A stretch of DNA of 64,000 nucleotides, taken from NCBI GenBank assembly GCA_050014195.1, contig JBEKDT010000001.1:149341-213340 (forward strand). Reading direction: 5' to 3'. Positions 49,165 through 59,305 of the stretch are shown here, piece after piece; positions within the stretch are counted from its first letter, which is position 1, and each line of letters begins with the position of its first letter. The DNA is from Desulfomonilia bacterium (GTDB lineage Bacteria; Desulfobacterota; Desulfomonilia; UBA1062). Under the pieces are notes generated by a model that saw only the letters and a program-made list of their open reading frames with translations, searched no databases and was not told the origin of the DNA. The position numbers and the translations under genes were made by a program.

Positions 49165-49701
49165 ATGAAAGTGCTCTATACCGCAAGCGAGATTGCTGAA
49201 AAGGTCGCTGAGCTTGGGGATAAGATCTCGTTAGCGTATCAGGGCCATGAGTTATTCATCGTAGGTATCTTAAAAGGCGGCTTCATGTTCATGTCCGATC
49301 TGGTCCGCCGGATCAATCTCCCCGTGAGAATTGAGTTTGCCAGACTATCCAGCTATGGTAACTCCGACGGTCCCATAGGAGATGTCGCACTCATTGATGA
49401 TATTCATGAACCAATTACCGGCAAGCATGTTTTAATTGTTGATGACATCATGGACACCGGACACAGCTTACTTGCATTTAAAAAGCACCTCTTGGAAAAA
49501 GGACCGGCTTCTGTCAAGATCTGCACAATGATAGACAAGACACAGAGGAGGGAGACCTCCATATCACCTGACTACTACGGTTTCCGTATAACCGAGGGGT
49601 TTGTAGTGGGATACGGCTTGGACTTCGCAGAGAATTACCGTACATTGCCGCAGCTGTGCGTACTCGACCCCGAAGACAGGAGGAACCTCTCATGGTCATA
49701 G
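49165..49701 (+). CDS. hpt: hypoxanthine-guanine phosphoribosyltransferase
   Basis: PRPP-binding motif VLIVDDIMDTGHSL. Confidence 0.85.
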   Translation: MKVLYTASEIAEKVAELGDKISLAYQGHELFIVGILKGGFMFMSDLVRRINLPVRIEFARLSSYGNSDGPIGDVALIDDIHEPITGKHVLIVDDIMDTGHSLLAFKKHLLEKGPASVKICTMIDKTQRRETSISPDYYGFRITEGFVVGYGLDFAENYRTLPQLCVLDPEDRRNLSWS

Positions 49702-50600
49702 TTAATTGTCCAAGCTGCCACAGCAAATTCAGGTTTTCCCAAGAAGGCCTCACACAGGGCACGATCAAAATGCGCTGCAGTGTCTGTCAGCATGTCTTTT
49801 CATACACCATGGAATCCGAAGTCTCCCTGGAAAAGGAATTCGACATACTTTTAAGCTCAAAACCTGTAGAGGCGGCACCTGCCGTGGATGAATCCCTTTC
49901 ATCACAGGAATCAGTTCTTGAAGAGGCCTCCATGGAGATTAGCGAGACGCCTCCGGAGTCAAAATCGGAAGGGTCCCAAGCTGCTACGGAATCGGTCATC
50001 CGGGAAATTGACTCTATACTTGGGACCGGCTCTGATGCAGCCGAAACAGAAGAGGAATCAGAACCCCAGGAGACTGAGAAGAAAAGCCACCTGAAAATTG
50101 CCGTCCTCATCATCTGCCTTATCGTGGCAACATGCGCCTCCTTGTGGTTACTACGCGACAAGATTCCGTTCTTTCATGGGGCCAAACAGGAGAGTCCCCA
50201 AGCTACCCTGCTGAAAGGACCATTTTTCTCCATAGATGAACATGGCCTCACCTATGAGATGCTCACCCATGAGCAGGAGGGCAGTGTACTTGTAATCAAG
50301 GGCAACCTCAGAAAAATCACGGCTAAGCCTGTTGAATCGGTCATGGTAGAGGCCAGGGTATATGACAAGACAGGCAAACTCATTGAATCCCGTCTCGCCT
50401 ATGCGGGTATCGTACCGGATACGAGCGAATTCACCAAGCAACCACAGAAGGATATCGATGCCCTTCTGACCTCTGATCCCGCATCCCCGGGTTCAACGCT
50501 TCCCTCCAGCGACATCCCGTTCGCCGTAGCCTTCTTTGGGAAGCCAGCTCAAGAAGTGTCATCATTCCAGGTAGAAGTGAAGGATATTCGTTGGAAATAA
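49692..50600 (+). CDS. MJ0042-type zinc-ribbon protein with DUF3426-like C-terminal region
   Basis: N-terminus MVIVNCPSCHSKF...MRCSVCQHVF, a TM segment, and a C-terminal beta-rich domain. Overlaps the hpt end by 10 nt. Confidence 0.6.
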   Translation: MVIVNCPSCHSKFRFSQEGLTQGTIKMRCSVCQHVFSYTMESEVSLEKEFDILLSSKPVEAAPAVDESLSSQESVLEEASMEISETPPESKSEGSQAATESVIREIDSILGTGSDAAETEEESEPQETEKKSHLKIAVLIICLIVATCASLWLLRDKIPFFHGAKQESPQATLLKGPFFSIDEHGLTYEMLTHEQEGSVLVIKGNLRKITAKPVESVMVEARVYDKTGKLIESRLAYAGIVPDTSEFTKQPQKDIDALLTSDPASPGSTLPSSDIPFAVAFFGKPAQEVSSFQVEVKDIRWK

Positions 50601-51610
50601 AGGAACGCGCACCGGCATCACGCCTGAAATACGGGGCGGCACTCCTGTGTATTGTATTCACTATAGGGACCTTGGGTTTTCACTTCATCGAAGGATGGAC
50701 TTACCTCGATGCGTTTTTCATGACGCTCATTACCATAACCACAATAGGCTACCAGGAGATTCATCCTCTCACAGAGATCGGCAAGGTCTTTGACATCTTC
50801 ATAATCTTCCTGGGCGTTGGGTCTGCTGCATACGTGTTTGCATCCTTTACCCGGTTCATAGTAGAGGGTGAGATGCAACATTACTTTGGGAGGCTTAGGT
50901 TGGATAAGACAATCATGCGGATGAACAATCATTATATCATCTGCGGCAACGGAAGGATCGGGTCGCTCATCAGCCAGGAACTCCTTCACTCAAACAAGAC
51001 ATTTCTTGTGATAGATAATGATCCCGCCATCATCGAGCACCTTGAGCGCACAGGTGTCCCACATATTTTAGGCAATGCTTCGGATGAAGACATCCTGCTC
51101 AAAGCAGGGATCAAGCGTGCAAAGGGTCTCATTGCCACGGCATCATCCGACATGACAAATGTTTACATCATCCTGATAGCCAAAGAGCTTAATCCCGATC
51201 TCTTTGTGCTTGCCCGGGCCGAGACTGAGGACTCCACCAAGAACCTCATACGGGCCGGGGCAAATAAAGTGGTCTCTCCTTACCTCATCGGAGGCCGCCA
51301 CATGGCAAATATCATCCTCAAGCCCACGGTAGTGGACTTCATTGAGCTGGCCACCGGTGAGAAGACCGGAGATTTTATTATTCAAATGGAAGGGTTTAAG
51401 ATCCGCGAAGACTCCTGTCTTGTGGGTAAAACATTGAAAGACGCCCCCATAAGGAAGGACATCGGTCTCATCGTAGTCGCGATCAGGGATCGTGCCGGCA
51501 AGATGATCTTCAACCCAGGTGCCGATATGACAATCTCGGTTGATGACGTGCTTGTCTGCATAGGTGATACCGAGGCCCTTCGGTCCATGAAGACCCTTGT
51601 AAACAGCTAG
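50591..51610 (+). CDS. RCK (TrkA-N/TrkA-C) domain cation channel with non-canonical selectivity filter
   Basis: Two TM segments plus a pore helix. The filter reads TTIGYQE where TVGYGD is canonical. Rossmann motif ICGNGRIG and a C-terminal TrkA-C. Confidence 0.75.
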   Translation: MEIKERAPASRLKYGAALLCIVFTIGTLGFHFIEGWTYLDAFFMTLITITTIGYQEIHPLTEIGKVFDIFIIFLGVGSAAYVFASFTRFIVEGEMQHYFGRLRLDKTIMRMNNHYIICGNGRIGSLISQELLHSNKTFLVIDNDPAIIEHLERTGVPHILGNASDEDILLKAGIKRAKGLIATASSDMTNVYIILIAKELNPDLFVLARAETEDSTKNLIRAGANKVVSPYLIGGRHMANIILKPTVVDFIELATGEKTGDFIIQMEGFKIREDSCLVGKTLKDAPIRKDIGLIVVAIRDRAGKMIFNPGADMTISVDDVLVCIGDTEALRSMKTLVNS

Positions 51611-51615
51611 AGGTC

Positions 51616-52029
51616 ATGCGGATATTAGGATTGGATTACGGCAGTAAACGCATCGGCGTTGCCTTGAGTGATCCGTCAGAGACCATGGCCCATCCTATCG
51701 AAACCATACAGGTAAAGTCCGATGGGTCACATTTTAAGGTTATAAAGACCATTGCTGATGCATACCAGGTGTCCAAGGTTGTGGTAGGTCTGCCTTACAA
51801 TATGGACGGCAGCCTCGGGAATAAGGGGGAAGAGGTAATTAAATGGGGCAAAGACCTTGAGAAAGTGCTCGACTTACCTGTTGTATTCTTTGATGAAAGG
51901 CTTTCTACATCAGAGGCTCATGAGTTGCTCATGAGGATCAATGTCAAGGGGAGAAAGCGCAATGCAATCGTGGATAAGATCGCTGCGAGCATTATCCTGA
52001 AAGGATATCTGGATTCGGAGAATACATGA
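51616..52029 (+). CDS. ruvX: Holliday-junction resolvase-like RuvX/YqgF
   Basis: MRILGLDYGSKRIGVALSD. Confidence 0.85.
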   Translation: MRILGLDYGSKRIGVALSDPSETMAHPIETIQVKSDGSHFKVIKTIADAYQVSKVVVGLPYNMDGSLGNKGEEVIKWGKDLEKVLDLPVVFFDERLSTSEAHELLMRINVKGRKRNAIVDKIAASIILKGYLDSENT

Positions 52030-53036
52030 GAACTCGCCTGCGCGCCCTTCTTTTCTTGCTGGTATGTCTCCTCACTCTTGTCTTCGTCCACACATGCTCC
52101 TTTTTGAGAACACCCATCACTCCACACAAACCTGTTGAGGTGGATATCGTGCCGGGGCAGAGTGCCTGGGAGATCACACAGACTCTTAAGAACACTGGAG
52201 TCATATCCCATGCAGGCACCTTCATAATCATTGCCACCCTTACAGGCAAGGCAAAGCATCTCCGGGCAGGCGCATATGTGTTCGAAGGCAACCATGTCCC
52301 AATGGATATCATGGATATATTGTTCAGGGGAAAGACACTCAAGTATCGCATCACCATCCCTGAGGGTTATACGATCTATCAGATAGGAGAGGCTGTATCA
52401 AGGACAGGACTTATCCCCAAGAACCTGTTTATTCAAAGTGCACTCAGCCCGAAGACAAAAGACTTCTTTCAGGTAAAGGCACCTTCCATGGAGGGTTTTC
52501 TCTATCCTGACACCTATTACCTGGTCCCCCATATGACACCACTGGAGATCATGGCAAAGATGATTGACCGTTTCAGAGGCATATATACCCCTGAGATGGA
52601 ACAGCGGGCAAAAGCGATCGGCATGTCCAAGCTTGAAGTCATCACGCTGGCATCTCTCATCGAGAAGGAGGCTTATGCAAAGGCTGAACAGCCCATTATA
52701 TCCTCGGTATTTCACAACAGAATGATGCGGGGAATGCGCCTCCAATCCGATCCGACCGCCATTTACGGCATTGAGGGCTTTACGGGCAAGATAGGCCCGG
52801 ATGATCTGTTGAGGGAAAGTCCTTACAACACCTACCGACATGGAGGGCTCCCACCAGGTCCTATATGCAACCCCGGTTTGGATTCCATTCGATCCGCACT
52901 CTGGCCTGCAAAGACCACTTACCTCTACTTCGTCTCGCAAGGCGATGGGACACATTCATTCTCCCACTCGCTCGAAGAACATAACCGAGCAATTTCAAAT
53001 AATTCCAAGCAGAAGAAAAATCGCGGTATTCTCTAA
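52026..53036 (+). CDS. mltG: endolytic murein transglycosylase MltG/YceG
   Basis: TM anchor and conserved YceG blocks (LASLIEKEA, YNTY..GLPPGPICNPG). Confidence 0.85.
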   Translation: MRTRLRALLFLLVCLLTLVFVHTCSFLRTPITPHKPVEVDIVPGQSAWEITQTLKNTGVISHAGTFIIIATLTGKAKHLRAGAYVFEGNHVPMDIMDILFRGKTLKYRITIPEGYTIYQIGEAVSRTGLIPKNLFIQSALSPKTKDFFQVKAPSMEGFLYPDTYYLVPHMTPLEIMAKMIDRFRGIYTPEMEQRAKAIGMSKLEVITLASLIEKEAYAKAEQPIISSVFHNRMMRGMRLQSDPTAIYGIEGFTGKIGPDDLLRESPYNTYRHGGLPPGPICNPGLDSIRSALWPAKTTYLYFVSQGDGTHSFSHSLEEHNRAISNNSKQKKNRGIL

Positions 53037-53069
53037 AGTTGTGTCTCGCCCCTTTCGATAAGGGAAGAC

Positions 53070-53684
53070 ATGGTAGAAGTGCGTGCAGCCATTGTCGATG
53101 ATGAGGATGAAATACTTGATCTTATCGAACAAATCCTTATTGAGGAAGGGCTCAAGTCAAAAAGGTTCCATAAGGCAGAGGATTTACTTGTTATCTCAGA
53201 GAAAGAGTCATTTGACATCATTATCTCTGACCTCATGCTTCCTGGTATAACGGGGCTCGAACTCCTTGAGAGACTTCATAAGAAAGGGATTACAACACCG
53301 TTTGTCCTCATCACCGGATATGCATCGCTGGATACGGCCATCGAGGCAGTGAACCAGGGTGCCTTTTCATATATCAAGAAGCCATTTAATATTGAAGAAA
53401 TCCGTATTGTGGTCAACCGACTCAGGCAAAGGCAGGACCTCATGGATGAGATCGCTCAGCTGAAAAGACAGGTAACGTTGCTGCAGTCGAAACTCTCAAA
53501 AGCAATAGGAGAAGATTATCCAAACACGGCACTGCCGCCTGTGATGAGGGCATTGCAGGGCCCCAACGATATGAGCAAGGCCTTTTCCGCCATAGAATAT
53601 CTCGGCAGGCTCAAGACGGAGGGGCTGATTACTGAAAGGGAATTCGGCGAATACAAAGGCAGAATTTTAAAAGGGATTGCTTGA
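53070..53684 (+). CDS. response regulator (REC) with helical C-terminal domain
   Basis: AAIVDDEDE...IISDLMLPGITG...KKPF. Confidence 0.75.
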   Translation: MVEVRAAIVDDEDEILDLIEQILIEEGLKSKRFHKAEDLLVISEKESFDIIISDLMLPGITGLELLERLHKKGITTPFVLITGYASLDTAIEAVNQGAFSYIKKPFNIEEIRIVVNRLRQRQDLMDEIAQLKRQVTLLQSKLSKAIGEDYPNTALPPVMRALQGPNDMSKAFSAIEYLGRLKTEGLITEREFGEYKGRILKGIA

Positions 53685-55108
53685 TGTACAACAGGGTCCT
53701 CATTGTTGACGATGATCCCGGGATACGGGAGACCATATCGCAGATAATAGAAGAGCTCGGATACGCTCCTGATACCGCCTCCGACGGACTGGAGGCGTTG
53801 GCCATGTTGGATACCGGCTCTTATCTATGCATATTCACCGATATCATGATGCCTAAGATGACCGGGATCGAGCTCATTAAAAAGATCAAGGCCCGCGATG
53901 TATCGCTGCCCATCATTGTGATCACCGGTTATGCTTCCTTAGAGATCGCCATTGATGCCATGAAGTGCGGGGCCTCCGACTTCATATCAAAGCCCTTCAA
54001 GGTGAGCCAGATCCAGCTTGTTCTCAGTAAGATGAAGCGAGAAAAGCTCTTGCTCGAGGAGAACAGGAGATTCTCGGACGCCTTGCAGCTCCATCGCCTC
54101 ATCGACACCCTTGTGGGACAGCTGGAAGACAAGAACAAAGAGATCAACTCCCTGCAGGCCATATCCGAGAAGATCATCAGCTTAAAGGGTATCCGCGATC
54201 TGGTGGGTGCCATCGTAGACGTCTCCAAGCAACTTCTTGAGAATGTGGATGTTCAATTCTATCCCTTAAACCGGAAGACCCAGACACTCATTGATACCGG
54301 CAATGGACAAGGCAGAATCATCAGCGCCGATCTCGTCGAGGGGAAGATCATCAGGAAAAACAATTCTCTGGGCGTTTCAAGCCGGAACTTCGTGACTATC
54401 TTTCCACTCATGATCGAAGGCCAGGTATTCGGCACACTTGATATCCGTTCCGACTCCATACTCGGCGAGGAGAAGGAGGGAAAGATTCTGTATCTCCTCA
54501 ACCGCTCCGCTGAACGCATGGAAAATGTGGCCCTTTATGAGGGTCTTTACGAGAACATGCTCTCCACCTTGAACAGCATGGCCAAGATCCTGGATGCCAG
54601 AGACCCGCACACATCCCAGCATTCCACCAGGGTCACCAACTTCTCTCTCGCCTTGGCCAATATCATCAAGCTGTCTGATGATGAAAAGGATGTGCTGTAT
54701 ATCGCCGCTTCGCTCCACGATATCGGGAAGGTGGGTATACCCGACAGCATACTCCTGAAGAAAGACAAGCTCACTGATGAAGAGTTCAAGATCATCAAGA
54801 GACATCCCGATATCGGGGCAGATATCTTAAAGCCCCTGCCACCTATGTCGCGCGAGACGGACGTCATACGTTATCACCATGAACGCTATGACGGTAAAGG
54901 ATACCCGGCAGGGATCGGGGGTGGTGAGATCCCTCTCCTCTCACGCATTATTACGCTCGCAGATTCCTATGATGCTATGACTACGGACAGGCCTTACCGG
55001 AACGGATTACCTATCGACAAGGCTATTGAAGAGATCATACGCTGCATCGGGAGCCAGTTTGACCCGGAGCTGGCGAATATGTTTATCCACAAGGTTATCG
55101 GGGTCTGA
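53681..55108 (+). CDS. response regulator with GAF and HD-GYP phosphodiesterase domains
   Basis: REC (VLIVDDDPG...FTDIMMPKMTG), then HD-GYP motifs AASLHDIGK and HHERYDGKGYP. Confidence 0.85.
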   Translation: MMYNRVLIVDDDPGIRETISQIIEELGYAPDTASDGLEALAMLDTGSYLCIFTDIMMPKMTGIELIKKIKARDVSLPIIVITGYASLEIAIDAMKCGASDFISKPFKVSQIQLVLSKMKREKLLLEENRRFSDALQLHRLIDTLVGQLEDKNKEINSLQAISEKIISLKGIRDLVGAIVDVSKQLLENVDVQFYPLNRKTQTLIDTGNGQGRIISADLVEGKIIRKNNSLGVSSRNFVTIFPLMIEGQVFGTLDIRSDSILGEEKEGKILYLLNRSAERMENVALYEGLYENMLSTLNSMAKILDARDPHTSQHSTRVTNFSLALANIIKLSDDEKDVLYIAASLHDIGKVGIPDSILLKKDKLTDEEFKIIKRHPDIGADILKPLPPMSRETDVIRYHHERYDGKGYPAGIGGGEIPLLSRIITLADSYDAMTTDRPYRNGLPIDKAIEEIIRCIGSQFDPELANMFIHKVIGV

Positions 55109-55116
55109 TATGACCT

Positions 55117-55596
55117 CTAAGGAATAGTCCCTTGCGGGGCCGGTACCTGAACCGGTGCGCTCCCGCTGGCCTTTGAAGGTCTCGTTGATGAGTTCATCTG
55201 TTCCACAAGAGTCTGCACCCTCTGCCGAAGTTGCTGGTTTTCCTGGACAAGGGCTTCGTTTTGACCTGCAGTTGCCTTGAGGTCGGTGTTCTCTTTCTCC
55301 AAGGCTGAGAGTCTTTCATTTAAACGCGCGATCTGGCTGTCTTCGGGGACGCCCTGCTGCTTTTTCAATGATGCAACCTCGTTATCAAGGGCACTCACCC
55401 TGCCGGTCAGCTCCTGATTCTTTTCCTCCAAGGCCGAGATATAGGAGCTAGTCTGCTTGAGCATGTCTTTGTAATCAGGGTGCTGCTGTTTCCGATAGCC
55501 CCAGAAGTAATATCCGACAAATAACCCGCCTAAGAATATTACAAGGAGGACAACCACAATCGCCCGTACATGACTCTTCTCCTCCTCCATCAGCAC
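55117..55596 (-). CDS. membrane-anchored coiled-coil protein
   Basis: TM helix, then heptad-rich repeats. Confidence 0.5.
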   Translation of the reverse strand: MLMEEEKSHVRAIVVVLLVIFLGGLFVGYYFWGYRKQQHPDYKDMLKQTSSYISALEEKNQELTGRVSALDNEVASLKKQQGVPEDSQIARLNERLSALEKENTDLKATAGQNEALVQENQQLRQRVQTLVEQMNSSTRPSKASGSAPVQVPAPQGTIP

Positions 55597-55716
55597 ACCT
55601 CCCCACTATTTCTTATTAAGCTGTATGCGAGTTGTGTTACCCCGTCAAGCCCAAGTTAGTTATCACACCAAACCTCATTATCGTATAAGGTTTTAAGGGC
55701 AGAAAGCCCTTGAGCT

Positions 55717-57201
55717 TTATAGTACGAATGAGGATCTTTGAACTTTGATGATGCCACTGTCCTTCAGATGCCCTGTAATAAGTTCAGTAAGCCCGGGTAT
55801 ATCAACAAAAGAGGAGAGGAACCTCTCTAACCTCCCTTCCTGTGTTGACCAATTGTAAAAGGCTGGTCGATTGAATATTAAAAGATTGTGAAATACTACC
55901 CTAAGACCCGATATGATAATCCCTTCCGGGTTGATGCGGCCGGCGGTTATCCCAAATTCCTCCATGCGGGTGAATGTATCTGCCAGGGCTTCTGCAATAC
56001 TCCCCTTTATATCTGAGGTCACATTCTCGGAATGAAAAAAATCCTTGAGGTTCATCCCTTCCACAGGTTTGAAAAAAACTGCACAGTCCCACCTAAAAAT
56101 ATTTCTACACTTGCCTACAAGGGTAACCGGTATGGGGGTTTCTATGCCTATTCTCCTCAGCATGAGAGCATTCTTCCAGATCCTGCTTGCAGACCAAAAC
56201 CTCTTGAGTATGCGCGGTCCGTATCCTCTTGAGGACCATACGAGCATCTCCTTGTCTCCCACCGAGATTAGGGAATATCCTGAAGCCAAGCGGTTCCCTT
56301 CACCATGGGGAAGATGCCGTGAGGCGTCGAGGATCTCTTCATACACCACATCAAATTGGTGCCTGTCATAGACTGAGAAAAACCGGGTATCCCATCGGGT
56401 AAGGAATGGGTCTCGGGTTTTGTTCGTCTTCCGGAGGTATTCGGAAAGTATACCCTGTCTGATCTTTCGTGTTTCTCTCTTGACCCTTACCATCTCGCGA
56501 TCTGTAATGACCCACCCCCTCTTCTTCACATAGGCCATTATCCGATCCTCCATACCCCCGTTGTACACAGGTGGGAGGTTTGCTAGCAGACAAGCCAGAT
56601 TGCTCAGTGATCTCTTCGGACCGATGGCCCCACGGTAAATCTTCACCTGATCTCCATCGAGGGCATATATGCACTCATCCAGAATCATGAAATTGCCCAG
56701 GTGGAGATCGTTCTGCAGTATCCCCTGCTCGTGACAGCTCCCGAGAAAGGCCATGAGGACATCAAGCACCCTCTCCACCTGATGGATATCCGGACATGCC
56801 TCTAATGCACTGTCGACCCGTACGGCATCCGTCAGGTATTCAAAGACAATGACATAGATCCCATAGTCGGGGATATGACCGGAAAAGAGGATTTCCGGAG
56901 CAGGGATACCTTTTTCAGCAAAGGCCCTGCAACCTCTGCTGCTCCTCTTCCAGTTGGCATGGGCCCTTCTGGCTGAGAAGTAGAGTTTTACTATTACCAT
57001 TCTTGAGCGTATTTCGCCGAGACATACCAGTCTCTTGCCCTGTATTGCACGGAAAACCTTTGAGCATGCAATCTCACCGACATCTGGTATGTTGACCTTA
57101 AAAGATATGTGCCTATCTTCCCTGACATAATCCTGGTTGATCTTATTGAGTTGGGATATAAGTATGCTTTTATCAATAATGTCCGAATGATCAGCCAACA
57201 C
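55717..57201 (-). CDS. lipopolysaccharide kinase (Kdo/WaaP/InaA)-like protein, apparently duplicated kinase fold
   Basis: DLHLGNFMI catalytic-loop-like motif. 494-aa length suggests two kinase-like halves. Confidence 0.5.
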   Translation of the reverse strand: MLADHSDIIDKSILISQLNKINQDYVREDRHISFKVNIPDVGEIACSKVFRAIQGKRLVCLGEIRSRMVIVKLYFSARRAHANWKRSSRGCRAFAEKGIPAPEILFSGHIPDYGIYVIVFEYLTDAVRVDSALEACPDIHQVERVLDVLMAFLGSCHEQGILQNDLHLGNFMILDECIYALDGDQVKIYRGAIGPKRSLSNLACLLANLPPVYNGGMEDRIMAYVKKRGWVITDREMVRVKRETRKIRQGILSEYLRKTNKTRDPFLTRWDTRFFSVYDRHQFDVVYEEILDASRHLPHGEGNRLASGYSLISVGDKEMLVWSSRGYGPRILKRFWSASRIWKNALMLRRIGIETPIPVTLVGKCRNIFRWDCAVFFKPVEGMNLKDFFHSENVTSDIKGSIAEALADTFTRMEEFGITAGRINPEGIIISGLRVVFHNLLIFNRPAFYNWSTQEGRLERFLSSFVDIPGLTELITGHLKDSGIIKVQRSSFVL

Positions 57202-57275
57202 TCATATCTCCTTCAACCAGGAGAATTTGCTTTTCAACTCTCCAGTACGGATATACATGGGGCTTTCAGGTCACC

Positions 57276-58334
57276 TCATGGATGCAATTCATTTTGAAGC
57301 AGCGCCAGGTATATCCCTTCATATGCCCTTGCCATTGCCTCAATGGAGAACCGCTTTGCAAGAATGCCGTAGGCATTCGTTGTGCAATATGTGCAGAAAT
57401 CCGTATCATCAAGCATCTTCAAAATAGATTCGGCTATCCTAGCATAATCTCCCACTCCAGCCAGTAATCCGGTTTCCTCATTTTTCACAAGCTCCGGAAT
57501 TCCTCCCGCTGCTGTAGCAACTACAGGGACATGATACAAGAAGGCATCCAGGATGGAACTGCCAAGACCCTCTTCTCTCGATGTCAGGACAAACACATTA
57601 AAGATGGGGTAGTAGGGATAAGGATCATCCTGATATCCTTCAAAGATGATGTTATGCAGATGCAACTTTCCGGCCTGGCGTTCCAATTCTTCACGCAGGT
57701 CCCCATCACCGATGAGCACGAAGACAACATCCTCCCTTTTGTCCTGTATTAGAGATGCAGCTCTGAGGAGCGTGATGTGATCCTTGCGCTTCTCAAGGGC
57801 AGCTATGCACCCTATGACCTTCATAGACCGGAATCTGTCCTTCAGTATCCTGACAGTGCTGTCGGATAGTTGTCTGTTCATGTCTATGGAATCAGGTATC
57901 ACCATGATACTTCGGTTATTGCCCTCCCAGGTAACCATGACGGACTTCACCTTTTCCGAGACTTCGGCCAGAGAGTTGAGCCTGCTGTACATCTGCCGTG
58001 TCAGGATATTGCGCGAAGGCGGACTGTCGATACGCCTGGTTGCCACAATGGGTCTGCCATGAATGGGTTTCCAGGCAACTGCAAGCTGAATGCCGCGGGT
58101 TTCATGTGCATGAATCACATCAAATCTGGAAAGGAGGCCTCCATGGATCAGGAACGGTTTCCTTATGACGTGCACGGGAAAACCCATGTCTTTTGTCTTA
58201 CTGATGAACATCTCATTGGTACGTGCAATCAGAAGGGATTCATGGCCGAGACGTCTGAGTCCTTCCATGAGATAAAGGGTTTGTCGCTCACCACCGCGCC
58301 AAGTTCGCTCAAGGTTGATATGCACAACTCGCAT
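57276..58334 (-). CDS. GT4 (group 1) glycosyltransferase
   Basis: C-terminal EGLGSSILDAFLYHVPVVAT...E motif region. Confidence 0.75.
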   Translation of the reverse strand: MRVVHINLERTWRGGERQTLYLMEGLRRLGHESLLIARTNEMFISKTKDMGFPVHVIRKPFLIHGGLLSRFDVIHAHETRGIQLAVAWKPIHGRPIVATRRIDSPPSRNILTRQMYSRLNSLAEVSEKVKSVMVTWEGNNRSIMVIPDSIDMNRQLSDSTVRILKDRFRSMKVIGCIAALEKRKDHITLLRAASLIQDKREDVVFVLIGDGDLREELERQAGKLHLHNIIFEGYQDDPYPYYPIFNVFVLTSREEGLGSSILDAFLYHVPVVATAAGGIPELVKNEETGLLAGVGDYARIAESILKMLDDTDFCTYCTTNAYGILAKRFSIEAMARAYEGIYLALLQNELHP

Positions 58335-58337
58335 GGG

Positions 58338-59105
58338 TTATCCTTTCTGCCCCTTGTCGTATGTCATCTCCAGGAGCTTGGCTGTCATGACGAGGTCTGC
58401 AAAGGCACCCATTGCAGAGATCAGGAACCCCCTCCATCCATCGAGTATGCCAAGGCGTAACACATAATCCTTGAGAAAACGCAAGGGTGGCCTCACCAGC
58501 ATGTAGAGGACAGGAAACGTGATACCCTTGTCATATTTATCCTGAGCCTTATACAAGGTGTACCGGTTAATCTTATTGACCCACTCTCCCATGGAAGGTA
58601 CGGTATAATGATCAAGGGTGGAATTGAGAACACCTGTATTGCTGAGAATAATCTCCCCATGAACCCTTTTTTCTTCGTACCTCCCTTTACTCTTCCGAAA
58701 CAGCCTGAGGACGGAATCATTCCCCCAGCTGGAGTATTTAACATGTTTATTCATGAGATAATTCTTTCTAAAGATCCAGTACCCATCCTTGAGTTGGTCA
58801 TTGCTTAACAGATCGATTATTTCATCTCGCAACTCAGGGGGTACCCGTTCATCACAATCAACAATAAGGATCCAGTCATAGGTAGCCTGAGGTATGGCCC
58901 AGTTCTTCTGAACGGCATCGTTGATAAATTCATGCTGAACAATACGATCTGTGTAAGCCTTAGCTATATCAAGCGTCCTGTCTGTACTATAGGAATCTAC
59001 GATAAAAATCTCATCGGCCCACGAGACGCTCTTCAGGCACTCCTCCATATTCCTCTCTTCATTGAAGCATGGTATAAGTACAGTCAGTTTCTGTCTTTCA
59101 GGCAT
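58338..59105 (-). CDS. GT2 glycosyltransferase
   Basis: LTVLIPCFNEE...IFIVDSYSTD...DCDE motifs. Confidence 0.75.
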   Translation of the reverse strand: MPERQKLTVLIPCFNEERNMEECLKSVSWADEIFIVDSYSTDRTLDIAKAYTDRIVQHEFINDAVQKNWAIPQATYDWILIVDCDERVPPELRDEIIDLLSNDQLKDGYWIFRKNYLMNKHVKYSSWGNDSVLRLFRKSKGRYEEKRVHGEIILSNTGVLNSTLDHYTVPSMGEWVNKINRYTLYKAQDKYDKGITFPVLYMLVRPPLRFLKDYVLRLGILDGWRGFLISAMGAFADLVMTAKLLEMTYDKGQKG

Positions 59106-59305
59106 CGCTGTATTTCCCCCATCTTTGGAGTTTATCTAACTCGGGATGACCACAACATAATCTATCTGGGAATTATCACGAAGGGTTGCATATGCGAAGT
59201 GATTTATTGACACAACAGTGGTCGACTGTCAACGAAGTTTGGGCGCACCCCGTATGATGAAGTGGGTACATATTCAGGGTCTCAGGGCGAGAATCACCCC
59301 CCACT

